64,000 nucleotides of DNA from Torpedo marmorata (Eukaryota): assembly GCA_977017645.1 (NCBI GenBank), contig OZ360240.1, positions 27,900,001 to 27,964,000 of the forward strand, given 5' to 3'. Below are positions 23,931 through 37,462 of this stretch, in pieces (positions within the stretch are counted from its first letter, which is position 1; every line of letters begins with the position of its first letter). The notes beneath the pieces are model-generated. The model was not told the origin of the DNA and did no database searches. It was given only the letters and a program-made list of their open reading frames with translations. A program made the translations under genes and the position numbers.

Positions 23931-26269
23931 ATAACAACCAGCTACCTACATAGTAGATAGCTGGTTGTTTTCATGTGTTTTGTGACTGTATTTTAAAGGG
24001 AAGCAATCCATGTGAGTGTGAATGTACCTTTAAGAAGCGAATGTACCGTGTGGTTTAACCTTGATACATTGTTATACCAGATTCTGCTGCTTTGTTTGAG
24101 AAAGATTGCCTTCAACAAAGGATATAATGTTGTTAGCTTCGCCTATTCTGAGCGATAGCCCTTGCAGCAACACTAAAGAAACCCACAGACACTACAGAAC
24201 GTTAATTCATATGAAAAAAAAACTTGGCCCAATTTGAAGCATTTAAGGTGCTGTTTCCACTTATCGTTAATTGAATCAGGACTGTTCTTAGTTCTTTCCA
24301 GCTGTTTAAAGGAATGATACTTCAGCCAAGTTCCACTCGTGGTTGATCACACAAGCGAGATGCGGAGATCCATGCTGGGTCAATTACGATTTCCTTGATT
24401 TAATGAGAATGTAGCCAATATGATTGTGCCTATCAATGTTTGTTAAACTAGCTTGCAAATCTCAATTCACTCTATTTTGACAGTTTGATTGAGCTGAGTT
24501 ATTGTTTCAGCTGAAGCCGGTAAAGGCAAAACTGCTGAGAATGGTTGCGCGAGTTCTGTGGCTGTTCAAATGACACTTCTGACATTCACCCTTTGTAGTC
24601 AAGAGAGCCCAATTCTCTTGCTATCGCTGGTGACGTAAATACGCTTCATTCAGGCTGAAAGTGAATAATGGTCAGTGTTTACCACTGCCTCCTTAGTTAG
24701 CTGCAGCATTGTTTGACTCAAGTTTGTGTACTTGTAACATTTTTTGATTGTTTTGTTCTGCTTTGGTGCATCGCATGATTCATGTTGGGAAGGAAGGAGT
24801 GGGGTGGAGAGAGTTGAGTTGAAAGTCTGCACAGTATTTAGTTAGGTTAGTGGACCGCAGCTCAGCAGATCAGTGCCAAAGCAATCATTTAAAAAAAGTC
24901 AAATCATTTTTTATTGCAAATGATCAAAATCATTGTTGCTTTTATTAGGATAAGCTGCACAGTTGTCATTTTGTTTGCTGCTATTATGGTCCATTCCCGT
25001 TAATTAAAGGTAATTTTCTTGCTGAACACAATTTGAGCCTCTTTCAGAAGTTGCCTGTGGTAGCAAGACAGGCACTTTGTTCAGTAATGAAGCCTGAAGC
25101 TCAGTATTTAAATATATCCGGGCCTTCTGAATGGGGTGCAGCTGTCAGACCAGCACCAATTCTAGGCCTGAAGAGGTCCCGGAATGAACTCCCATTCTAA
25201 CAATGCCATTTGGAGTACAGTGGTGGGATAGCTCCATGGGGAACAGACATTAGAAAGAGCTTTGGCATTGCTCTCACATTCAATTAAATGTTGCTTCCAC
25301 AAACTGCAGCAAAAGATCCTGTTGGGTCTGTCTTTACTTTACGACATTGCCTGAGGCTGCACTTTTATTCATCAGAGAGCATCTGCAGCAAACATGGGTT
25401 GCGGTAGAAACCATAGTGATGAAGGTATGACAATGTCCTCCTTGTGTTGTACAAATGATCTGAGTTAGAAGAATCGTTAGACTGAGAAACCTCAGTCTGA
25501 TTTCAGAAACCAGCTTGGAAGCAGAACATGATCATTGATGTTTATGACAATAGAAGGGTTGGGAGAGATGGTGCCATTTCCACAGGTTCCCTGATTCACG
25601 TGCTGCCAAAAAGTAAAGCAAATTTGCTTACAGCTAACCAAAGATCAACCTTCCTCTTCAGTAAATAATTCCAACAGTCATTGTGACACTCTCACATTCG
25701 AAACAGCATCTGACTCAGGTTTTGGTTGGCTTTCTTTATTCACTTCTCTGATATTGTTGATGGGTCTCCGTTATGACCAACAGGGAAATTGGCAACTTCA
25801 ACCTCAATGTGGCACAAATTTGATGGTCTCTCAGCTTTATCCTTCAGATACATTTGCAATTGGTGAGATTTTTTCGATGGACAAATTCATGACCGTTTGA
25901 GGTCCTAAGTTGAATGTCTTGTCCTGCATTTACACAGATGTTAAAACCTGTTTTGGGATATTTAAAATTATGATTAACACTGATGCAGGCCACAGGCATG
26001 TGTAAATTCATTTATCCATTTCTGCTAATTATAATCAGAAAGCTCTTTGGAACTGCTGCGAGAAAATATTAGTTCGAACAGGCCTGAGAAGTATCAAGAC
26101 CACACACGTAATACAACTGCAGGAAGTGCCAATGTGGATAATAACAATATCCCAGGAACTCTAAAGTGAAACATACCCTCTAAAACCACAACTAAATTAT
26201 AAATTTATTAATCTCTTGCTCATTCTAGTTGGTCCAACATTGCGCATGTAGTCAAGATTTTTCTTCAGC

Positions 26270-28127
26270 AAATATCTGGATATAAAATTAATTCTGATAA
26301 AAGTGAAATTATGGCATTATCTCAAGGGGATTATAGTAGATGTAAAGAAATTACACAATTTAAATGGGCAAAGGAGGGAATTAAATATTTGGGAGTAAGG
26401 GTTGATACAAAATTAGATAATTTATATAAATTAAATTATTTACCATTATTTGTGAAAATAAAGAAAGATTTAGAGAATTGGAAAGATTTACCTATAACTC
26501 TAATGGGTAGAGTAAATTGTATTAAAATGAATATTTTTCCAAGAATTCAGTATCTTTTTCAATCAATTCCTTATGGAATTTCTTGAAATTTTTTAAAAGA
26601 TTTAAATTTAATTATTAGGAAATTTTTATGGAAAGGAAAGTTAGCAAGAGTAAGTATGGAAAAATTAACTTGGAATTATGAAATGGGTGGCTTACAACTT
26701 CCTAATTTTCAAAATTATTATAAAGCAGCTCAATTGAAATTTGTTAATGAATTTTTTGATTTAACTAAATTTCCTGCTTGGATTAAAATAGAATTAAATA
26801 ATATAGGTGATGATTTCAAAGAAGAAATTATTTATAAATGGGATTCTAAATTAATATCAACAAAAAAGAAAAATTCGCCTATTTTTAAACATTTGTTAGA
26901 AATATGGAACAAGACAGACAAGGAAATAGGAGGAAAAGGATTGATTTCTTCAAAGATGCCTTTATATCAAAATGGACTTATTCCATTTACTATTAATAAT
27001 CAATTATTTAAAATTTGGTTTCAAAAAGGAATTAAGAAGATTAATGATTGTTTTGAAGCTGGGAAATTTATTACATTTCAAAGAATGAAACTAAATTTAA
27101 TATATTAGATAATACTATGTTTGCTTATTATCAAATTAGAGCTTTTTTGATTGAGAAATTAGGTTATGCTTTGATTTTACCAAGACAAAATGAATTAGAA
27201 TTATTAGTTACTAATGGAGATGTTAATAAATTTATTTCTCAAATGTATAAATTGTTTCAGAGGAAAATGCCTAAAGTAGGTTTGCATAAATCAAGATTAA
27301 AATGGGAACTAGATTTGAATGTAAGAATAGATGAAAATCATTGGAAAGAATTATGTAAATTAAGTATGACGAAGATTATTAATGTTAGATATAGACTAGT
27401 ACAATATAATTTTTTCATCAATTATATTTAACACCTAAAAAATTAAAGAAATTTAATCCGACATTATCAGGTTTATGTTTTAGATGTAATAAAGAAGAAG
27501 GTTCTTTTGTACATTCTACATGGTTTTGTCCAAAAGTTTATGATTTTTGGTTGAAAGTTAAAAAATTTTTAGATAAAGTATTTAAGATTACATTTCCAAT
27601 GGATCCTATGATATTTTTGTTTGGAGATATTAGAAAGTTTAGCATTAAGAAGAAATTAAATATGTATCAAGTAGAATTTTTACGAATTGCTTTAGCTGTT
27701 TCAAAAAAATGCATTGCTATTACTTGGAAATCTGATTTAGATTTAGGATTAGAAAGATGGCATGCAGAACTTCGTTCGTGTATACCACTTGAAAAAATTA
27801 CCTAGAATTTACGTAATAAATATCATTTTTTCTTAAAAGTTTGGAGCCCATATATGAGAGCTGTGGGTTTAAGGATTTGATGATCTCTGGATATCGGATG
27901 TACTGGCATGCTTGACCTCCACAATAGAATTAGTTTATAGATGGCATTCCCCCTTACTCTATCCTTTTCTTTCTTTCTTTTTTCTATTTTTACTTTTTTT
28001 TAATATTTTATTAGATTAGTGGGGTTGGGGAGGGGAGGGAGGGTGAAAATGTATCACATGTATTTTGATAATTTTATATTTTATCTTATGTATTTTGTGA
28101 TTAAAAATTGAAATAAAATATAAAAAA
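26270..28127 (+). mobile_element. 5'-truncated L1/Tx1-like LINE (ORF2 C-terminal half, decayed, very AT-rich)
   Basis: Encodes SGYKINSDKSE...IKYLGV...ITLMGRVNCIKMNIFPRIQYLFQ...GGLQLPNFQNYYKAAQ. A-tail and a 16-bp TSD aagatttttcttcagc at 26254-26269 / 28128-28143. Confidence 0.92.
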
Positions 28128-31100
28128 AAGATTTTTCTTCAGCTTTATGGGTTAATTAATTTAATAATTCTCTGGTCAATTTGTGAAAAGCTATTTGTTG
28201 GAGAGGCTGAGAGAGGCATCATTCATCTCACTGATCATGCATGGAGTAACACCACCATGCACAATTTATTGTGGACTGGTGACAATATGAGGTTACGCTC
28301 ACACCACATACCTGCAGCTGCTCTGTGGAAACCTGTTGTGGACTTGCACCTCTAAATGTGGCACAGTTAGACAGCAATCACACAACAGCCCATGATCCAA
28401 AGTTTCTACAGTGGTTGGTGATGAGCGGGCCTATTTGCTTAATTCGTCTTTGGGAGTGATTGCAACTGACAAGCAGGATGAACACGGTGAAGGTCATGCA
28501 GGAAGGTAACTATAATAACGTGTGTGGCTTTGCACATAAACTAAATCTTGCTGTCACTTCTGCACCTGACAAACACTGCTTTTTTATGCAGCATCCCTGC
28601 CAACGCACTTACCATTTGCAATTATTTCCACAGATCAAAGAAATATGTGGAGCTCTGTAGCAGGGTCAACTTGAATGAGTCTCTCCATAGCATCCTTGAC
28701 AAAATGTGCAGAGTGATCCTCATTTTACACTCCTGTATTAGGTAAAGCGACCTGATGTTGCCGTGTTTCCTGACACTAAAATATCTTGGAAATGATGCCT
28801 GCTTTAGAGAAAGGTCGCACCCTTTCTACCACTGTAACCTCCTCCAGGCCTAGATAACTGTGCCTGTCCAGTCCTGGTCCCTTGAACATTCCCAACTTTA
28901 ATCTCCCAACCAGTAGTGGCTGTGCCTTCACGTTCCAAGACTTCTGCTCTGGAATATCCTCCCTGAACTGCTTTTTCATTCTGTCTTTGTTTTCTTCTTT
29001 GTGATGTTCTTAAAATCTAACCCTTTAAATGAGCTTTTGGGATCTTGATTGGTGTCCAACGCTGATGGTGATATTTCTGTGAAGCGCCTCTGGATATTTT
29101 ACCCACTTCCAAATGCGATACAGTGCAAGCTTGTCATTCTTCATAATTTTCATTAAATATTACACGAGAATGTAAATGGATCTACTCTGAGATTTGCTGA
29201 TGACATGAAAATGTGCATGAGGTTCAGTAATTCAGACTTAAACAATGGGTTGCAATTTGATGTAAATAAATAGAGGAATGCGTTCACGTGTCCTTAAATA
29301 TAAATAAGTAAATAATATTATATGCTTGCTCAATGTTGCAGATCAAGTTAAAAGATAAATACGATTAATACCTGGTCACTTATTAAATGTGTACAAAGCA
29401 GCGAGAGTAGCTTGTCAAACAAAAGGGAAACTCTGGATTCTTTATGCTGGATCATTCAGCATAAAACTGGCCATTAAAGCTGCTGCTACATACTCACGTA
29501 AAGTCTTATTTTGGAGTAATGGTGTGCTTTTGCCTCACAGCCGAGCCAGCCAGAGGGCTCTCAATCGACACGAATGCAGCGGGCTGTGCTAAGTTCCATC
29601 ATCTGATTCACGGGCAAAGGAATGTAATCATGCAGTGTTGCCTCTTTCAGTGCCACAGGAATGAAATCAGTTTGTCCTACAGTAGTGCTTCTTCTGATCT
29701 TCACACCCACACTAATGAATGCAATTACAGTGGTTTCTGGATCACGTCATGCTGATAGTGAATTGACTTCCACTGATGATGAGTTTACTGGATCAGATGC
29801 CCACACAAAGGTGGTATTCTCAATGTTGTCGGGAGAAATTAGTTAATGTGATTGTGAAGCAAGCCTATTATCGGGTTTCCATAGAAAAGGTCCCGGGCCA
29901 GCACTAGAAACCCAGTTGGGTAACTTCTCTAATCTACCATCTTTCCATTGATTCTGACACCTCCCATCCTGTGATATTTCAGCACGACTCACCAATCACT
30001 CCTGACTGACTGGTTAGCTCACTGATCACAAGCCCAAGCTCAAATAGTTGGTGATCATGGTCCACTCTCCTTCACCCTGCATCCCATTTCCAATCCTTAA
30101 ACAACCCTCCCAACCTTTCTTATGACCTGCCAAGCTCAGACTCTCTTGATTTCCTTGCACACTCTGCACTGGTGCAGTGCACACAAAGGAAAGTGACTTC
30201 AAGCAGTGGGCCCACTGGTAGATCAGAGGACCACTTCTCTCCTGCCAGGGATGCGTAACTGGAAGAGATACTTCCTCGGGTCTTCACACCCACACAGTTG
30301 CCAGGATAACATAGTCCTGGGGAGGGTCTTATACAATGATGTCTAGCCTGAACACTCTTCATAAACAGGACAGGCTTCAAGAGTTAGTGGTCCTCACTTT
30401 TGAGAAGAACAGCCACAAGTAGGAAGCTGGTGAAGTAATGAATGGCTTTGACTCTGTATAGCTGGACTGATTACTTTAGGAGGTAAGAAATAATAGCACT
30501 GGAAGCCATGCATCATAAAATGCAGAGGAAAAGAAGCAGGTTTGATTTGGGAAAGTAATTATTTTCACGGACAACCATTGGTCAAAGGAATAGGTGATCA
30601 AAAGACGGTGAGCTAATGGAAGGGGACAAGTTCCCCAATGATATTCCTCGTTGGACAGATCCGGTGATTACGAAAAGTGAAGAGAAACCTATTGGAGTCT
30701 TTATGTGTCACCAAGGGAGTCAGAGAATTTCCCAGAATTTTTCCTGAATTGGGTGTATTTGACTTCAGGCATTTAGCTTCACAGGAAATGCTTAGGAATG
30801 AGTCAGGTGCTGCATTGTTGTCATTATCAAATGGAGGATGGTCCAAATTACTCCATCTGCATCCTTCTTGAATAACTTCAAGTGCAAAGCAGGGACCCAA
30901 CAGTGATTTGGACCAAACCAAATCCACCCCATCACTTTACTCCAAAAGGTAAAACTAATCTGACACACAATCATTAGTCCATATTTTAGGATGGCGAATG
31001 AGAGGATTCTGAGTGTCTCTAGCCCTGCACACATAGTAAGGCACCACTGATCCTGTTATTTTACTGCTTCTTGATTTAGCTCCTTCCTCAGCTGAGCAAA

Positions 31101-32099
31101 GACTTCTGCATATTCTGTATTTTGTGTGCGGTAAATACTGTGTGATCACTTCCATTCGAGTGTAAATGTTACTGTTGGCCTCAGAGAGGCCCAAAGGAAC
31201 TGAATAACAAAACTGCTAAATGTGTGTATGTGGAAATAATATTAAATATCTGAGCAAACTAAGCTTCCACTGTATTAAGCAAACAATACAACTCCCATCT
31301 CAGATACGTTTTTCACCGCATCAAGTTGCAACTCCACCTTCCAGCTTATTTAGCCGAGTCCTTTCAGCGCTTTAGAAAATTATAGTGATTTTACTAATGT
31401 GTCACAGCAGGGTGCAATGACTTCCCATTTTTTACAAAGTACTCTGGCATCTTTCCAAATGCCAAACACATTTCCTACAGTCCGTATAATTTTCTCAGTG
31501 ATGCAAACTCGTGTCTTTTTTTGCAAGTGCCAGGCCTCTTTATTTTCCCTCAGTGAACCAATCCCCTGCTTCCAAACATCTTCCTTTTTTTTTTTTAAAA
31601 CGCCTGGTCTGTTGCAATAAGCAGAGCTCAGTGATTGGATTGCAGCGGAAACCTCTTCCAGCTTGGATCATGGGTGCTTGTTTAGCTGGTTCCAGTACTA
31701 CTTAACCGTCAAAGGATGGCATCGCTGATTTGTGAATAATCAACTAGAAACAAAAGGGTAGTGCCCACAGTGAGTTTTGGACCCACCTAGAGCTAATATG
31801 CATAAAGAATCTTGGAAAAAACTATAGGGGGAGAGGGAAGCCAAGGGCTCCATGAGGGCCCTCCACCCTTCGGGAAGATCATGACCGATCTTGTAACTCA
31901 GGTCTGTTTTCCTGTCCAGTCCTCAAATCTTTTAATTCTCCCTAACAAGCCTTGTGTCGCAATCTTGAATGTTCGTAACCAATGAATATCCATAGCTCTC
32001 CAAAGATTTACAGCACCCTAGTAGGGTGACCATTGCAACAATATCAGGCCGATCAGTATGTCAGGATGCTAAGACTGATCAGTAACTCCAACCGGTTTA

Positions 32100-32603
32100 C
32101 CGTATATACATGCGTAAAAGTAGATCTCATTTAAAAGTCGACCCCCTATTTTTGGCCAAAAAATCTGGAATTTTCTACATATATCTCGTGTAAAAGTCAA
32201 CCCTAGTCTTTCATCTCAGCCCCAGCCGCCCACAGGCCGGGGCTCCCGATGCTTCAGTCACTAACTCATGCCTCGGCCCCAGCCGCCCGCCCATCGGAGC
32301 TCCCGACGCGTCTAACACGGACCCTCACCTCGGCACCAGCTGATCGGAACTCCCGATGCCTCTGCCGACCTCCCCCGTGGTAGGATGTGTTCGGCTGCGC
32401 AGACTCTGTATTATTACTTTAATTCATTGTGTTTTTGTTCTTTATTTGTTTATAGATCATTTGAACTTCTGCTACTAATATGGTATTATGGATTCTAGTG
32501 TGAATTTCAGCCACTCAAACGTAGTATCCATGTAGTAGTTGACCCCATAAATTTAACATTAAAAATGGTCCACAAAATTAGACTTTTATACGAGTATGTA
32601 CAG
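32100..32603. mobile_element. pogo-type MITE (CCGTATATA family)
   Basis: Termini ccgtatatacatgcgtaaaagt / gacttttatacgagtatgtacag with TA; contains the internal ggagctcccgacg units. Confidence 0.78.
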
Positions 32604-33039
32604 TAATTTCTTATCAGGATGTTTTCTGCCAATTTTTGACACTGACCTTCTAATCACCCTCTTCCTTGACTAAGGAATCTTGCTTGCAATTCAGCTCTAC
32701 ATGGCTGGCCACTTATCCTGAGACTATGACCCAGTAGAGGTGCTGCCTCACATCAGTCATCCAGGTTCAATCCTGACCTTGGCTGGCTGTGTGGAGTTCA
32801 CGGAGATGTATAGAATGGAGTTTGTGCATTCTCCCTGTGACAACATGGATTTCGTTGAGTCCTCTAGTTTCCTGTCACATCCCAACTATGTAAACTGGCT
32901 ACTTTAAAACGTCCCAGTGTAGAATCACAAGGGTGGGTGGGTGTTGATGGGAATGTAGGGAGAAAATTAATGACGGAATAGGATTGCTCAGTGAACTGGC
33001 ATGGATTTGATGAGCCAAATGATTTCCTTATATGCAAGC

Positions 33040-33435
33040 AGTCATACAACATGGAACAGGCCCTTCGGCCCAACTTATCCATTCCGACCAAGTTGGCATT
33101 CTGGGCTAGTCCCAGTTGTCTGTATTCAAAGCCATTCCTAGCCATATATCTGTCCAAATACCCTTTGAACATTATAATTGTCCCCTCTTCTATTACTTTC
33201 TCTGGCAGATCGTTCCAGATGTCTGAGTGAAAAAGTTGCCCCTCAGGTCCCTCTTAGATTGCAGCCCTCCCTCTTAAATCTGTGCACTCTGCTTCTAGAA
33301 TCATCTACCTTGTGAATCATCTACTGTGAGCAATCAGTTTATCTATGCCCCCTATGATTTTGTGAACTCTGTACTGTCATCTCCTATGCTCCAGGAGTAA
33401 AAGACCCAGCCTAACCAACCTCTCCCTGTAACTCA
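33040..33435 (-). mobile_element. CR1/HER1-like LINE 3' fragment
   Basis: Encodes FKGYLDRYM and ends in the tail gggccgaagggcctgttccatg. Confidence 0.65.
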
Positions 33436-33451
33436 AATATAAAAATAAAAA

Positions 33452-33721
33452 AGGGCGGCACGGTTGGCGTAGCGGTTAACGCAACGCCTTTACAGCGTCA
33501 GCGATCGGGACCGAGGTTCGAATCCCGCGCTGTCTGTAAGGAGTTTGTACGTTCTCCCCGTGTCTGCGTGGGTTTTCCCCATGGGCTCCGGTTTCCTCCC
33601 AACCTTCGAAATGTACCGGGGTTGTAGGTTAATTGGGTGTAAATTGGGCGGCACGGACTCGTGGGCGGAAATGGCCTGTTACCATGCTGTATGTCTGTAT
33701 AAATTTAAATTAAATTTAAAA
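33452..33721 (+). mobile_element. V-SINE (HE1-like)
   Basis: Full-length copy with A and B boxes and an aaattt-repeat tail. Confidence 0.88.
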
Positions 33722-34814
33722 CTATCCAGCAAGGGAACCACCCTCTCAGCATCAATTCCCATCAGAATATTATTTATTTCATTATGAATGAGATTTTACT
33801 GGGAGATACAACAATTGTTTTTGCATTTGGAAATTTATTAAATGAAAGTTCCAGCAAAAAGTCAGACTGTCGTCTTTACCCATTGTGAACCAAAAATGGC
33901 AAAATGTCAACACTTGGGAATCAATTGCTTCGTCTGTACACAGCACCAAGTGTTTACATGTGGTAGACTCGTTTGCAAGGTCCTAACTTAGGGCAAAAAG
34001 AGGCCCTCCGCACACCTTTGGGTCTGTAAAGAAATGGAGCATTGAGTTCCATAGCTCACATGGAATCAGTTACTGTTCAGCAGTAAGAAGCTCAGGAAAC
34101 GTGTTGCCTGCAAGTTATTTCGACAGGATCGCTCAATCTCCTTTTACTCAACTTCAATACCTGCTTTCTTACTGGTCCCCAGCTTTTAGTCTCAGTCTCC
34201 ACTTTTCCCCTCCAGATCTGGACCCTTTTCTATTCTTGCTTTGTTAGAATCCATTTTTATCAGATTAAAGTTCAAGTAACAGTTTTTGGTGCTTGAAAAG
34301 TTTAAGCATGTTCAAAACGACCCTATGTGCCAGGTGATGCGTAACTTTTAAAACATAAATGGGTCCAGCTGCAAACTGGAGATTGCATCAACCACAGATG
34401 TGGTTGTAAATCTTTGATTCCACATTGATTAAACACAGTAAAAGTTGTAGAAAGAAGTCAATCTGTCATGCAGTCAACATAACTTTGCAAATTCTGACCA
34501 ACTGCTTCAAAACTGCTGATCCAGCCCCCGTAAGGCTAAGAACTTAAGAAGGGCTCACTATGAAAGGCAAAAGTTAATGTGGGAACCCTCTCTCTTCCCT
34601 TCCTCCCAGGTCCTGCTCCGACTCCCAACTCCATGCATGCTATACGGCTTCTCCTCCACCCCAATTAGAAAGCAAAACTTTCAGTACCTTCTCCCTTCCA
34701 CCTGAGCAAGTTCTCCTTTTGGCCCCTTCTTCCATGTCATCTGCCCCTTTCCTAGTTATTGCCTATCTACGCTCGTAACTTCCATTCTCTCCTTCATCCT
34801 CACTTCCAGATTAT

Positions 34815-35525
34815 TATTTAAATGATGAAAGATTACAGAATGAAGGAGGACCTGGGAAGGCCTGTGCATGAATCACATCAGGTTGGTTTGCAGATGCAGC
34901 AGGTAATCAAGGCGGCAAATGGAATGCTGGCCTTCACTGGTAGAGGGATTGAATTTAAGAGGAGGGAGTTTCTGCTGTAACTGGAGAGGATACTGATGAG
35001 GTCGCACCGAGATTACTGCAGTTCTGGTTTTGGAGGCGGTACAGAGGAGGTTTACCAGGTTGATTTCAGAGATGAAGGCTTAAGCCTATGAGGAGTGGTG
35101 GGGAAGCCTGGGACTATATTCGCTGGAATTAAGAAGAATGAGAGGCGATCTGGTAGAAACATATAAAAGTATGAAAGGGATAAATAAGATAGAGGCAGGG
35201 AAGTTGTTTCCACTGTTAGGTGAGATAAGAACTTAGGGACATATCCTCAAGATTTGGGGGAGTAGATTTAGGACGGAGATAAAGAGAAGCCGGTTTTCCC
35301 AGAGAGTAGTGAATCTGTGGAATTCTCCACCCAAAGAAGCAGTAGAGTATCCCTCATTCAATATATTTAAGGCACAGTTAGATAGGCTTTTGCATAGTAG
35401 GGGAATTAAGGGTGCTATGGAAAAGGCAGCTAGGCGGAGCTGAGTCCATGGCCAGATCAGCCATATTATTAAATGGCGAAGGAGGCTCGATGGGCCAGAT
35501 GGACTACTCCTGGTCCTTTTTTTTA
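34815..35525 (+). mobile_element. CR1-like LINE 3' fragment
   Basis: Decayed CR1 RT C-terminus (aaggcggcaaatggaatgctggcc; agaagaatgagaggcgatct; aatctgtggaattctc) and 3'UTR. Confidence 0.78.
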
Positions 35526-35550
35526 ATGTTATACACTGTATGTTCTTATA

Positions 35551-36171
35551 CAGCCATACCTCGACTTACGCCCGATCGAGTAACGTCCGATCGCAGATAC
35601 ATCCGAGGTCACCATAAGGGTTTAATAAAAATGTTAAAATTTAAGACGGGACGTTAAGTCACGCATCACGCATTCGGCACGTGTGCTCAAAAGCCAAAAC
35701 AAAGTGATTGCGCTGCCAGCCGTATAATGGTACACAATATACACCTAACGTATAGTACAGAACATACCGTATATGTAATTGAAATCTATAATATATGTAT
35801 GTACTTTTTATTGTTATTGTGTTATTACGTTAATGTGTACTCTCTCTATTTACTACGAAAAAAGCACACTGTACTGTATAACATTTTTCTAGTCTCGATA
35901 GCATACGAGACACCAACATCCGGCATCAAATCACATTCCGTGCGGTCTCTTGTTTGCGTGTTATCTCGTTGGCTAAATTTTATCTGAAAATATACAATGC
36001 AGCATGGCCCCTAACCGCCCCTAAAGCAAGCCTCTGGCAGAATCATGGTATCATGTGTCATGGTATCTTATGTTGTACAGTATATTTCACCTATAATGAT
36101 CGACTTTCGCCCAAATCGATTTGCGTCCCCACTTCCAGAACGTAACCCGGACGCAAGTCAATGCATGGCTG
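35551..36171. mobile_element. Tigger-like MITE
   Basis: Terminal inverted repeats cagccatacctcgacttacg / cgcaagtcaatgcatggctg, flanked by TA. Confidence 0.75.
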
Positions 36172-37052
36172 TATTCCATTTCATTGCTATCCCATTGTTT
36201 CACAGTTGCCTGTTCCCACTTTCCTCTCTCTTCTATGCCCTGCTTTTCCCTTCAACCTCCTTCTCAGTGTTGTATACACCTCTTTTCTTTGCCCTTTCCC
36301 TGACATGTATTCCCGTTACCTTTCCCCCTCTCTTCTCCCATCCATTGTTGTCTCACTTTCCACATTCTACACTACTTCCTGAGCCATCATATTGATGGGA
36401 GATTGGCTGGATATCCGATGCAACAGGTGAACCATTCCCAGATCCAGTAGATGGGGATTAGAGAATCTTTTATCCTGTGACTGAAAAGGGAGGTACTGAG
36501 GGGATTGTACTGAGATGATACTGGACAGCTTAAGCTAAGCAGATGCGGATACCAGGCTGTACCACAAGATCAGTGCGCATTGTACCTGACGCATGTAAAA
36601 TCATTTTCAATCCTCTCTGGGCACATTTCCTGAGCAAAATGCTAGGGATGATACAAGTTAAAGGTGACTTGCCCTCTGATACTATTGAGATGCACTCTGA
36701 CCCTGGTAACCAATGTGGAGGCCACTCTGACTCCATTGATCATCTGAACTAGCTCTAAAGGAAGTGTATGGCACTTTATCAAAATGTGCTATATCTACTG
36801 GTTTCCCTTGTCCACTCTGCACATTATATCCTCAAAGAACTCTAATAAACTTGTCAAACATTACTTCCATTTAATAAAACTTTTTAATCGTGGTATGATT
36901 TTCCATGTCTCGCAACTATTTCCTCAATAATGGATTCCAGTATTCTCCCAATAACGAATGCCAGGCTAATTGGGTTGCAGTTTCATGCTTTCTATCTCTC
37001 TCCATTCTCAAAAACCCTCAATATAACCTTCTGTCAGTAATAATGGGGTGCT

Positions 37053-37462
37053 NNNNNNNNNNNNNNNNNNNNNNNNNNNNNNNNNNNNNNNNNNNNNNNN
37101 NNNNNNNNNNNNNNNNNNNNNNNNNNNNNNNNNNNNNNNNNNNNNNNNNNNNNNNNNNNNNNNNNNNNNNNNNNNNNNNNNNNNNNNNNNNNNNNNNNNN
37201 NNNNNNNNNNNNNNNNNNNNNNNNNNNNNNNNNNNNNNNNNNNNNNNNNNNNNNNNNNNNNNNNNNNNNNNNNNNNNNNTTGNNNNNNNNNNNNNNNNNN
37301 NNNNNNNNNNNNNNNNNNNNNNNNNNNNNNNNNNNNNNNNNNNNNNNNNNNNNNNNNNNNNNNNNNNNNNNNNNNNNNNNNNNNNNNNNNNNNNNNNNNN
37401 NNNNNNNNNNNNNNNNNNNNNNNNNNNNNNNNNNNNNNNNNNNNNNNNNNNNNNNNNNNNNN
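37053..37462. other. Assembly gap (N run with a 3-nt island)
   Basis: Ns from 37053 to 37462 with ttg at 37280-37282. Confidence 0.99.

Noticed and set aside
30120-30380. ORF containing LCYPGNCVG, resembling the Tudor motif CLYPG
   Set aside because: No further similarity and no fitting splice sites; the real exon is 40072-40180.
33452-33530. tRNA-like sequence with A and B boxes (also in the other SINE heads)
   Set aside because: It continues directly into the V-SINE core and tail, so it is a SINE head rather than a tRNA gene.
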